DNA of 64,000 nucleotides, taken from NCBI RefSeq assembly GCF_964355755.1, contig NC_092678.1, positions 14,224,371 to 14,288,370 on the forward strand. The letters are read 5' to 3'. Position 1 is the stretch's first letter, and every line of letters starts with the position of its first letter. The translations under genes were made by a program, and so were the position numbers. Below the pieces are notes generated by a model. It made no database searches and was not told the DNA's origin. It saw nothing but the letters and a program-made list of their open reading frames with translations. Positions 15,858-29,100 of the stretch are shown piece after piece. The stretch is from Antedon mediterranea (lineage: Eukaryota > Animalia > Echinodermata).

Positions 15858-18607
15858 CAATGATGTTGCGTAGCACTGTGTAAATTATATATAAATCATA
15901 CTGTAAATTATAGAAACAGTGCTCATATTCGGAACATGATCTCATAATCGCGTCGAGCATAGCTCATTGGCGAAAGTTCCATATTTTTTAGTTGTATGAA
16001 AAAATGTCTCTGGCTGGATTCGAACCTGCAACCTCTCGCTTACAGGGCGAGTATCATCATCATGTTCCGAATATGAGCACTGTTTCTATAATTTACAGTA
16101 TGATTTATATATAATTTACACAGTGCTACGCAACATCATTGATTTACATATACACAATCAGGGCCGTAGCCAGGATCTGTCAAGGGGGGGTTCGGACACT
16201 AAATATTTGGGTCAACACCCCCCCCCCCAGCCTGATGCGAAGCGAATTTTGTTAAATGACACCCCTAGATGGCCGGAAAAGACACTCTCGTGCAGCATGC
16301 TATATAACCAATGAGCAAAAAGATCGTACTTTTTTCCTCCTCCTCAAACACGTCGATAATTTAAATGACGATAACTCTTTGTTGCCGTATGTTAGATGCG
16401 CGTGCTCTGTGCGGAACCGCCGATTGTTTGATCATTTACTCCGTATTTTGTTTTGCGTTCAAGTTCAATGCGAACGTATATCTAGGAGCAGCCCCGAAAA
16501 AAGCACACTGGGTAAAGGCAAATGCTATTTGCTAGCTCTATCTATAATATTTATTTACAGCAATTTGTTGAGGAATATAAATATGTAAATAGGTGATATT
16601 GATACATTTTAGTACGTATCGGCTGGTGGTCTAGAAAAAAATAATCGGATGCCATAATGTGAACTACAGTACTTGATACCATAGATATTATAGTGTAAAA
16701 TATTAATATTCACTATCCTCTATGATACATTATACTTCATAGTCGCACATAAATACTGATGTACGTCGGAAGGCTATACTTTATGCATGCTGCCTGACTG
16801 CCAGTGATCTAAACAATAGGTACGCAGTTGTCTGGCGGTGTCCTTTGTACGAATCGTTCGTGCGCCAGCTCGCTATGAGACGCGTCAATATCATGTTACA
16901 TGCAGGGACCAAACCAGGGGTGGCACCAGGATCTTCCCGACGCGGGGGCTACATTCCCCGACGAGGGGGCTATGCGAGCGAAGCGAGCATCACTAGGCTG
17001 GGGCCGCCAAGGGCCCCCGGTGGGGGTCGAGGGGGGGGGGGAGCGAAGCCCCCGGAAGCAACGCGTTCTAGCGTCATTTGAGGTCATTTTAATCAGATCT
17101 AGGGTAGCCATTTTTTCCATTTTTTATAATGCATAAGGCCTAAATAAAATACTGCGTCCAAAAAAACGATGCGCGATGACTGTTTCAATCCATATTTTTC
17201 AATTTAAAAAATAAAAGTTGAAAGAAAATTTAGAAAAATAGAGTTGGAGGTCCCGGAAATTGGACTTATTATACTTCAAAACATGAAACAAAATATATAA
17301 GTCCCTATCATGGTTGTGACTGAGCTAAGAAATGTTTGAAAAATAGAGATGTTAGGTCCCGGAAAATGCACTTCTTGTACTTCGAAATATGACCAGCTTT
17401 ATTGTTGGGGCTGAGCTAAGAAAATGTTTAAAACTAGAGGCTGCAGGTCTTCAAAAAATTGCATTTTATACTTTGGAAACATCAGGCCTAGAGGCTTAAA
17501 AAACGCAAGCGTAGACCTTTTTCAGTCGGGGAAATAAGTTTATTCTTCCCAAGTGTATGCGTGCGTACCATCTGGACCTCCGAGTGGTGAGAAATTCATG
17601 AAATACAGGACATTGTAATAACTTAGCTAAAATAAGATGTTGGCTAAGCGAAAATGGCATGTTTTTTTGTTTAGTAAATGGATGAAAAATTTATTTTAGG
17701 TGCCCCACGGTACTGTATATTATATTCCCCGACAAAAGTACCCGTGTTCCCTTCGGTATTTCCCTTCGGTAACCGTCGGTAAACTTCGCCTGGAAAATAA
17801 CTACATTACACATTTTGGTCCCTGGATGGAACTTGATATCACGCGTCTCGACCCAACGTTGAACGATTTGTACAAAGGGATACCGCCAGACAAGTGCGTA
17901 CCTAGCTAATGTTTAGTAGTAAGTTAGATCGCTGGCAATAATGAATGCATAAAAGTGCATAATAGCCCCCCTGCTGGCGCCACCACTGGACCAAACATTT
18001 ATTTTTCAGGTTAAAATCGGCAATTCATTTGCAGCTTTTAGAAATTTACAGACACGTATCACTAGTTGACGCTCATACAGAGAAGAAGGTTCACGAACAA
18101 GTTTACGAATTTTTCAATTTACAAACAACTTTTTGTACTGTGGGGCACGTATTTGGAGGATTTTTGGAGATGAGGGTGAGGTATTGGGCATGTCGGGGAT
18201 GGGGGTTCGCAGTTGGTTAAGGGGGGTTCGCTGTAAAGGGGGGGGGGGTTCGCCCGAACCATAAAAACCCCCCCTGGCTACGGGCCTGACAATATTATTT
18301 AAAAAACCGTTGCGAATTAAAGTTGGAATTTATTCTGACTTGTTAAGCCTCCACTGATTGTGAGGGCGTTTGTTGTATGAGAGAATGTATCTGGTGGGTG
18401 AAAATCTGTGATAATACCATACATGGCTCTGTGGTCTAGTGGTATGATACTCGCCCTGTAAGCGAGAGGTTGCAGGTTCGAATCCAGCCAGAGACATTTT
18501 TTCATACAACTAAAAAATATGGAACTTTCGCCAATGAGCTATGCTCGACGCGATTATGAGATCATGTTCCGAATATGAGCACTGTTTCTATAATTTACAG
18601 TATGATT

Positions 18608-18646
<39 letters not shown>

Positions 18647-21600
18647 TGTTTAAGTAAACTTAAATAATGTTACTCTACTAATTAAATAATATAACATAAT
18701 ATTACTGATACGTTGATAATAAACTGTGAATAAATTTCTTCTCAAATAAACTTAAGGTACATTTGTTCTAAATAAAATTACTTATATCATTCCACAATAT
18801 AGGTCCTTGCCGTTTAATGGTATTCATTCCCATGTCTGTTCTGAAATTATGCGGTCGCAAATCATTTAATGTTCTTGTACTATGACAATGTGTTTTTTTT
18901 ACCCTAGCCTAAAAAGTATTGAAATTACTTGGTAGATTATTATTAGCAAAATTTAACATAAAAATTGCTTTTTGTAATTTATGAATATCATAGATTGTTA
19001 AAAGTTTTTAATTTTAAAGATAAGGGTGCAGTATGGGCCAGCCAGGATGAGTTTGTACAGAGTCTAATTATTTTCTTTTGTTTTAAATGAATGGTTTTTA
19101 AATTGCAGTTGTTTGCATCTGCCCAAATAAGATTACAATAATATAAGTATGGAAGAACTAATGTGCGATATAAAGAAAATAAAATATTCGGTGCGAGAGC
19201 ATGTTTTAGTCTAAATAAAATGCCAGTTAATTGATGGTAGTGCTATAGTTTTCCACAAGATATTACCAAAATAAATCCTATTAAAATCTTTTTGCTCATT
19301 AATAATAAACTATATATATATCCAATTAGATATTCCCTTTTCTAACTACATCATTAACATGTATACTTTCGAAGAAGTTTCTTGAAATATTCACTCCCAA
19401 GTATTTGTACCTATCTACTTCTTTGATGAAGTGGTTTGCAAGAGGCCAATGTTTACTTTTATTAGTACGTTTACCAACGTTTACCAACAACCAAAACATT
19501 TGATTTGTCAGCATAATTAAAGTTAAGTTTCCATTTTTTGGAGAAAATTTCAGCGATAGATAACATTTTCTTCAGATTATTTTCATCTTTAGCAATCAAG
19601 ACAACGTCGTCAGTCCAAAAAAGAGAGCTAATTGTTGTGCCTAACGTAAGTATGACATCCGACATTTTCATTATATAACATTTTGGAGAGTTCATTTATA
19701 AAAATACAGAATAAGGTCGGTGATAATACGCAGTCTTTCTTAACCCCTTCATGACAATACTACTATTTCACAGGTCTCTAATACTAAATGTTTAGGCGTA
19801 ATTATAGATGAAACACTAACATGGTTTAATCACACAGAATATATATCCAATAGTATAGTACTGGCATTTTATTTAGACTAAAACATGCTCTCGCACCGAA
19901 TATTTTATTTTCTTTATATCGCACATTAGTTCTTCCATACTTATCTTACTGTTAAAACTGATTTTCATGGTGCTTAATTGAAATTTAAGGCAAGATCAAA
20001 TACGGTACTCTTCAACTTGAAAGTAGATTAAGTAAATGGGATATGAATAATACTGGTAATTGTATGTTATGTAAGGATGAATCTGAAGATTTATATCATT
20101 TTATTTTAAATTGTAATGTACTAAAAAAAGTGCGAATTTCAGAATTTGAATGATTGGAACAAAACCTTAATGATTCTGGTCTTTCAGATTTATGGAATTC
20201 ACTCCAGTTAAATAATTTAGAGGTTATCTTAATGATTATACTTGGTGGTGATTGTTCTGTTCTCATTCCAACAATGGCGATTAATATGGTAAACAAAGCC
20301 CATAACATTCTTGATAAATTCTGCAAATCATATCTTAAGAAAGCATGGGCCTTTAGACAATGTATAAAGTCTAACATTATTGAATGATTTTTATATTTTA
20401 TATTGTATGTAATTTGGTTTAGTTATCTTACTGTGTTTTTTATCAATTCTGTTTACAGTCATCAAATAATTCACCACAGCTTAAATAATTTAATCTATGC
20501 TTTCCTGTTTATCGATGTCCCTAATTTGGGTTCCTATTGTTCCTTATTAGTTTTGCTTGTAGACACTGTGTATCAAGAGTGTGTACATATTAACATAGAT
20601 TCTAAGTACTGTATATCGATCCTTTGTTCATATACTAATTGATATGCTAATTCAGTGTCCAAGGTTATGTATGTGGGTTGCATTTAATTGGTATTAGTAT
20701 TACAGTTTATTTTTAATTTGGTTTTATCGAACTTCCGTCTTATCTGAGTATTATCTGTTTTAATCTAGTCTACCTTTATTTTTATACTCATATATTTTTA
20801 TATTGTATGTTTAATTGTTTTAAGGATGCACCATTATTATGTGTGCCGCTGTTCAAAAAACGTTTTCCAAATAAATTATTATTATTAATAATACTTTATT
20901 TAATATAGAATACAAATGTGACTTGACACTCTTAAACAATGTAAATATTTTGATGTCGAGGAGTTCAAAACGAGTGTGATTTCAAATAAGAAGGTCAAGC
21001 AAAATATTCCATCCTTCCTGATACATGATGGGGAAGACATTTCAGGGGAAGATAATATCACCTCTTCATTTAACAAGCATTTCGTTAACATTGGAAATAA
21101 CTAAATTAAACAAATAAACTGTTCGACTGATCCATTATAATATATGGGTAAGAGCCAGTCAAATTTAGTTTTCACCACACCTAACGGAACAAGATATAGT
21201 TGACATCATAAATAACATATACGGCAATAAAAGTCAAGGGTACGATGACATATCCCTTCGCATTGTTAAAGCCATTACAGAATATATAACTGTTCCCCTT
21301 ACTCATATCAACTGTTCTTTCGTTTCTGGTACTGTGCCAAACAAACTTAAAATTGATATGGTAATATATAAAAAGGGTAAAATCAACGAAATTAAAAAAT
21401 TTTCGTCCTATATCAATCCTTTCAGTCCTTTCCAAAATCTTAAAAGAGCAATGTATAATAAACTATACACCTACTTAACAAAATATGCACTCTTAAACCC
21501 CCATGAATACGGATTTCGAGCTAAGCACTCAACGTCCCACGCCATACTTGAACTAACAAAACACATAATCACATCATTCGGGAACAAGAAATACTTAATT

Positions 21601-23106
21601 AGCGTATTTATGGACCTATCAAAGGCATTCGATGTAATGAATCATGATATTTTGCTTAAAAAGATGCATCACTATGGTATTCGAGGAACTGGTTACAAAT
21701 GGATTCAAAGCTATTTACAAGAACGAAAACAATTTGTACAAATAAATCAAACCAAATCATCACTCCAACATATTAAATGTGGAGTACGGCAAGGGTCCAT
21801 TCTTGGACCCTTGTTATTTCTTATCTATGTCAACGATATTATTATAGTAAGTGATAAAATAAACGTGATTTCCTTTGCAGATGATACCACTGTTTTCATG
21901 AGAACTTTAAAACTGAATAAATTGTTTATGACAAACAAACTTATTTTAAATATCGATAAGACTAACTACATTATTTGTAGACGACGACAAAAAATGACCC
22001 CTGAAATTACCTTCCAAATCCAAATTAGCAATTCAATATTACAAAGAGAACACACAGTCATGTTCCTCGGAATACATATAAACGAACATTTTTGTTGGAA
22101 ACCCAATATAAACTACATCTCAAATAAAATCGGTAAATCCATTGTATCATCTACAAGGTAAAACACGTCTTTCCTAAACATATTCTTTTAAATTTGTACA
22201 ATGCATGTAGCCTACCATACCTCTATTACTGCAATATAATATGGGGAAATGAATATCGAACAAAATTTGAACAAATACATAAATTACAACAACGTATAGC
22301 TAGAACGATTACAAACTCACCGATGAGAACAGCCTCCAAACCACTATTACACAGTTTATAAATGTTAAATATATACGATATATATAAAATTAAAATTGCA
22401 TGCTTTATGTTCAAATATCATCTCTATGAACTTCCCGTCCCTATAAACAACTTGATTGATTTAAACCCTAAAACTGATCGTTTGAAGACATTAAGAAACG
22501 CAAATAAGACATATATACCACACCGTAGACTAGAAATAAGTAAAATATCAATTTTCATTGAAGGACCATCTTACTGGAATAAACTCCAGTCTACTCTAGA
22601 ACAAAATCACATAACCTCGCTCCCTACACTAAATTACAATAATACAAAAAAGATGATAATTTAAAACATATTGCTAGCTCATAAGATCATTTAAATTATT
22701 GTTACCTAGTGCATGCATATTATGCTTATATTATATTTTAGATTTAACGCTTAAGACGCATGACCCCTCTAATTGTGGACCAGTCCACTCCACATCCTAT
22801 CGATATACACACACAGTACAGACTAGATGGACGCCGGGGATGTCCGGGACTGACTGACGGCTGGGTGCCAAAGTCAGCCGTATACATCAGGAGCGAGATC
22901 TCTGCTTTTACCCGACGGTGGTCCAAATTGGAGCGGTACACTGCATCATGTAATTGAAACTATGTTGCATTACCTGATTTGCTTTATATTTCTGATATAT
23001 TTATATATATATATATATGTTTTAAATGTCCTGCTTTATAAGCAACCATTCCTGCTTTGTACCCTATAGATTTTGGAGGCGTGCCTTTATAACTATGCCT
23101 TATATA

Positions 23107-23197
<91 letters not shown>

Positions 23198-26100
23198 CAA
23201 TGATGTTGCGTAGCACTGTGTAAATTATAAATAACTAGATGGTACGCTCGCTTCGCTCGCCATTTCCTGCTTCGCTCGCGTACCATCTAGGTCGTGCCCA
23301 CAAATGGTTCTCGAATACATAATAATGTCAGCGTTAAAAAACTGGCGATTTCAAATGTACGTACCGCAGGACAATAATACATGTCGTTTACAGGAACGAA
23401 TAAATAGACACTGTGATTTATGTACTCAACTAAAATTAGCACCCTGGGAATTACTTCCGAAAGAGAAACTTGTCACAAAATGAGACCAATTGTTTAAGTC
23501 AAATTTAAACAAACTTAATTTGTGTTTTGTATGTAACATTAGGGTGGGATGGGGAAGAGGATGGGTGCAAAGAGGAACAATTTTTAAATATATTCTTTAT
23601 CCATTTAGTAACGAAATATTAATTGAACTTATTCAACTTTATATGATATCTAGATCTGAGTCTCTTCTTGCCCATATGTTTCATCCTTCAACGAACTTTT
23701 ATGGAAATCGTTCATTTTCTTCGGCATCCGTAATACGTTGCCTATTGAAATAGGCTACTTCCACCAGTATCTTCAAATCTCTCTCAAAACCCACCTTTTT
23801 TTATTTGTAATTTTCTAAATTGTTCTGTCTTTGTAAAGCGCATTGAGGCTTTCAGCATAATGCATGCGCTATATCAAGTACCAGTTATTATTATTATTAT
23901 TATTATTGTCATGTTTTACAAATAATATACCACTAACACAGTAAAATATTGCGATGTAATACTTTGTTGAAACTATCACCGTCCTAGTCGATTGAAATAG
24001 TACAGTACATGTAACGATACATCACTACGACTACGACAAAAACAATTTGTGAAAACCACCTCTATTCAGGGAAAATCATAAATTCGATTTAATCGTCAAT
24101 AAATATTAAATTATCTAACTCAACTTAATTAGTAGGCCTAATGAGTTTCAATTGTTTCTTAGAGTCAATTCATACTTAAGTTGGTTCCAACCCTACCCAA
24201 CAAAGTTGTTCTGCGTTTAAGGCATGTGATGTACCGTAGGCATATCCTCTACTGGTTTTACAACGCTACTCATGCCACCAGTGAGGGAAGGATGATGATG
24301 TGGGTGGTTTAACTGCAATAATAAAGAGTTGTACATAATATACGGCGACTGAAAACGCTAGCTCATTATCCGTTAAAAAAAAAATTATATCCAACCTCTG
24401 CAGCACAGATTGAAAAAAAAAATGGATCGAATTTCTGTTATGAGTATACAGTACTTGCCTTTACGACGCCTGAATGAATAGACACTTGTGGAACAGAGAT
24501 TGGAATTTTTCATTCATCGCAAATAAATACATTTGTATAAATGTATATTAAATCTATCAAAATAGAATTTGTTAAAGAAAATCGGCCTGTCTTCAACATT
24601 ATGATGCTGTACTCGAGCTGTTCAACCGGTTTTCAGTCATTAAAAGCAACTATCGTAGGAGGAGATAGGAAAATGCGAAGCATCCTTGTATTATTGTCTG
24701 CGGGTATTTTTCAAGACGGACATCCATTAGACAGTGTATACCACGATCTAAAAACTCCCCTATTTGGGGCAAATCGTTGAACCTAAATTCGTTTTAATCG
24801 TCAATAACTAATTATCAAACTCAATTTAATTAGTAAACAGGGTTACATCAGGTGGTTAAAATCAGTACCGAAAGTACGAACCAACTTTACATACCATCGA
24901 GTAAACATTCTAGAAATAACGCGCGATTTACCGAATTTTGCCCTTACGTAAATTTATATATAGAATCATACTGTAAATTATAGAAACAGTGCTCATATTC
25001 GGAACACATTGTTGTTGGTTTTTGTTTTGTTTGTTTTTTTGTTTGTTTTTTTTTGTTTTTTTTTTTTTCATTTTTGTAATTGTAATGCGTCCGTCTATGT
25101 TTCATGTTTTATGCTCAGGGAATACAAAGAGAAGCCACTTTGCCTTCTGTGTGTCTTGACCATAAACTATGTAAACTATCTGTTGATGTTGAATAAATGA
25201 GTTCGGTTTATCGACACGACCAACGCCAAAAAAAAAACAACTGATTGTATACTATTAATTTATTCTTTATCATAAATGTATTGTAAATGCTCATTGTATA
25301 CATCAAGTTCATGTTTATTAGGTCAAAGGTCAATAACTTTACTTCCGGTCATTTTCTAACAAAATGTTTCATTACAATAAATATAAATATGTATGGTCTC
25401 AGCAATTTGAGACCATTTTTAAATTTGAATGAACAGCCGTTTTTTAGATACAATGCAAGTCAAGGTCAAAGGTCAATAGTGCAGAAAAAATAGCATTTCG
25501 TATTACATTTCGTCAAAATGTTCCATTACAATGAATATAAGTATATACGCTCCGAGTATTTTGATACCAATATCTTGTTGATAGACCAAATGGATACGGA
25601 GATAGGGCCAATTGGGCGCCATTTTGATATTGGGGCTGTTACCATGGTTACGGAATCGTGAACATTTGTTACCTAGCATTTTTGGTATCCTAGCACCATA
25701 TTAAAGAAGTGAAATCTCACTTTGGGCACAAAAATCCTATGGAAATATACGAGGAATCTGACTATAAAATGCATGGATTATATTCGTTATAATGGCGGCT
25801 ATCTTGGTATTCAATATGGCTGCCATATGCTATTATTATAAATTGTACCATTGGACTGATTTATCATATTATTGTAAGAGTTATCACACAAATGACGTTC
25901 ATACGTGGTTTAAAATAGGAGCTACTATCAGTTTTGAGTAAAATTTGGGGGCCATTTTGAAATCCAAGATGGCGGCCAAAATAGGGTCGGGTCAACTCAA
26001 CTTGAGCATTAAAATCTCACGGAATTACATTAGATTCCCCAATATTATTATAATGTGATTATATTTCTATATTATGTTAAAATATATTACACTTTGTCTA

Positions 26101-29100
26101 CAGTACAAACATTTCAGACTTCAGACCGAATGTTGTATTTCCTTTTACTACAATAAATACAATAAGAAGAATCAGTAATACATGAAAAAACAAAATCAAA
26201 CAAACATTGTGTAACTATAAACGTTATGATTATGTTTTTTAGAACGGAAACACCCCGCTGCATGTATATTTGAGTACAGATCAAGCTACTTTAGAAATAG
26301 TAACGTACCTCACGAAGAAATGTGCATCAGTAACAGCATTAAATACGGTAATACACATAAAATATTGATATGTTTAGATTTAACATTCACATGACATGCA
26401 CATATTTCCCCGAGAATTACAAGTATTCTCAAATTATAAATTACGTCAGAGTAGTGCAAAACATCTGACCAATTACTCTATGACGCAAAGCTACTCCACA
26501 TTAGTTGCATGCAATTACAACTCTGTTGGTGCATTATCTCCTGCTAACTTGGGGCAGGGAGTTTTAAAATAATTGTATTTATTTTACAACTCCCTGCTTG
26601 GGGGTTCTGTTTTAGTTCGAGTCCCCACCGAGAATTTTTGTCGCAAATATTCTCAAATGTACAAAATACGCCAGAGTAGAGTAAACGTCTGTACAATAAC
26701 ATATTAAATACAAACTAAGAACACTACTTAAAATTATGATTTAATGGAACTGTATTGACTGAACTATGTTTTATGTAGACAGCCATAATAACAGGATTGG
26801 ATTTAGAATCATGATCCGTAAGATAATGCGCAGACAATTCATAAAAATAGATCTACGTCTGCAGCATATCATGAACCAAAACATTTCAAACCATCTGTTT
26901 ATTATTTATTGTCACTTACTATTTCTATCATAATTAGTTGCTGCATAATTGTTTGCATTACTAATTGTTCAATAACGCACTAACAACACCTAAATAAATT
27001 AATTTCATTTGTATGGACAATTATGTGGCACATGGCGAGCTTTTAGTATGCACATAATTAATGTTTATGAGTGCGATGTTACAAATAAGTTTAAGAGGTG
27101 AAGAAGAAAAAGGCTTTCGCCCCTTGAAAAAATACCATGTATCTTTGACCAATTGAACTTCTTTGTAACATTAGGCCTACACGAATTATAAATCATTCAT
27201 CTTTGATTAATATCAAAGTAAAACATCACGGCAAAAACTCGCCCAAACACATACATCGTACGGACGCATCATTATACATTTGATTACAAACATTCAAAAA
27301 GTGTCAAAACTAAGATAAATATTGTAAATGTAAGTTTTATTAATGCTATTTTTTAGTTAAAATATTTCATCACACAGATGATCTGTACAGCTGCTCAATA
27401 ACGGTGTCAACGCACTGCGCACAGTCCTTATTTGACGCTCTTATACGCCTCCCATGTGACTTGCTAAGGGAACGTTAAGTATCCATCTGCATTGCCGGTC
27501 ACGTAGAAAGTTTTGCACTTTGGAGAACTCGTTGATCGCCCCAACAAATTTTTTTCCCTGGTCAGATCGCATCTGGTACACTGGACCTCTTATGCTTAAG
27601 AAGCGTCGTAAGGAGTTTATGAATGAATTTGTTTCTAGTTAGTTGACTTATTCCAGGTGTATAGCCCTAGACGCCATACAAGTAAATAATACACCGTATC
27701 TCTTGACTCGGCTCCTTCTCTCTTTGATAATAAATGGCCCAAATAAATCAACTTCACAATATGTAAATGAAAGCGATTCAGACAGTCTATCAATAGGTAA
27801 GTCGGCCATTTTTTGGGCACCTAGTTGACCTCTGGATCGTCTACATGTCACACATTTCCGTAAGTATTGTGAGACAGCGGATACTTCGATCGCCGATAAA
27901 CCAGAAACCACCTTGTCTTAGAGTGTTTAACGTGGCACTTCTGCCCATATGGTTTACTTTCTTGTGGTGGTGATCAACAGGAGAAGTCATTAAATGTGAG
28001 TATTTTGGTATGATTATAGGATGTTTTATTTCCATAGGCATAGATTAATAATGTATTCGACCCCCAACTCTCAGAATTTCAGATTCGTCTAGAATGAGAT
28101 GTAATTTACACAAACGGGAATTCTTGAGTGCAAATGTCTTGCTTTTAGCCACATCTCGGTCCGGTAAGTCAACATTAAAGTTTTGCAAGTAATGTTCACG
28201 TTGAAGAGAACGAATGATTATTGTCTCTGCTAGCTGCAAATCGTCAACAGTCGGTATGAAGTATCCAGAAAACTTGTTCATGACACCATTGGTTTCAAGT
28301 TTGATTTTTGCTGCGGTCATTGATCTTGTCTTAAGGTTTAAAAGTCGAGCAAACACAATATTTAACATTTTCCATTTAGAGAACGTCTTAATTATTCTAC
28401 CAATCACATCATTCTGACTTGCAATTACAGCTGTGACAGCAAATGAACGTTTAAATTCTGTGGAAACAAGTTTTGTTGCTTCTTCTTCGACGGCATTTTG
28501 TCTCAAACATTTTAATTCGCCATCCTGCTTCAGAAAATTAGGTCCACTGATCCACTTAGAAGTAATATTGAGAGTTGTCAGCCATCGACTTTCCTCATCA
28601 CTTGAGTTATCTAAAGAATTGATTTAGTGCCAATCATCAACATTAGTTTGGTCATGAATTTGTTGCAATCGATTGCCAACCAACATTTGATACCGTGTAG
28701 CCACATTCTTTATGTACCCTAGTACAACTTTACTATCGGTCCAAAAGAAATCCTTTAATATCCATCTCATTCTTCAGGATATGACTAACTCGAGCTGATA
28801 ACACTGCTGCATTCAACTCAAGGTGAGGTATCGTAATCTTCTTATTAGCAGGAGTTACCCTGGCCTTGCCAAGCAAAAATGAGAAAACTGTCTTTCCATC
28901 TCCATCAATTAATCGCAAGTAGGAGCATTGACCGTACGCAGCTTCACTTGCATCTGAAATGTGATGACATTCTGCGGTCACTGCTAAATTGATTGGTTTA
29001 TAACAACGTGGTATGCCTAGTGTATTTAAGTTATTTATGTCTTTGCACCATCTCTTCCATTTGCTCTGCTCTTCGGGACCCAAAGGATCGTCCCAATAAA

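Noticed and set aside
16123-18220. Several 60-110 aa ORFs
   Set aside because: They lie in GC-rich MITE sequence, overlap on both strands and show no domain motifs.
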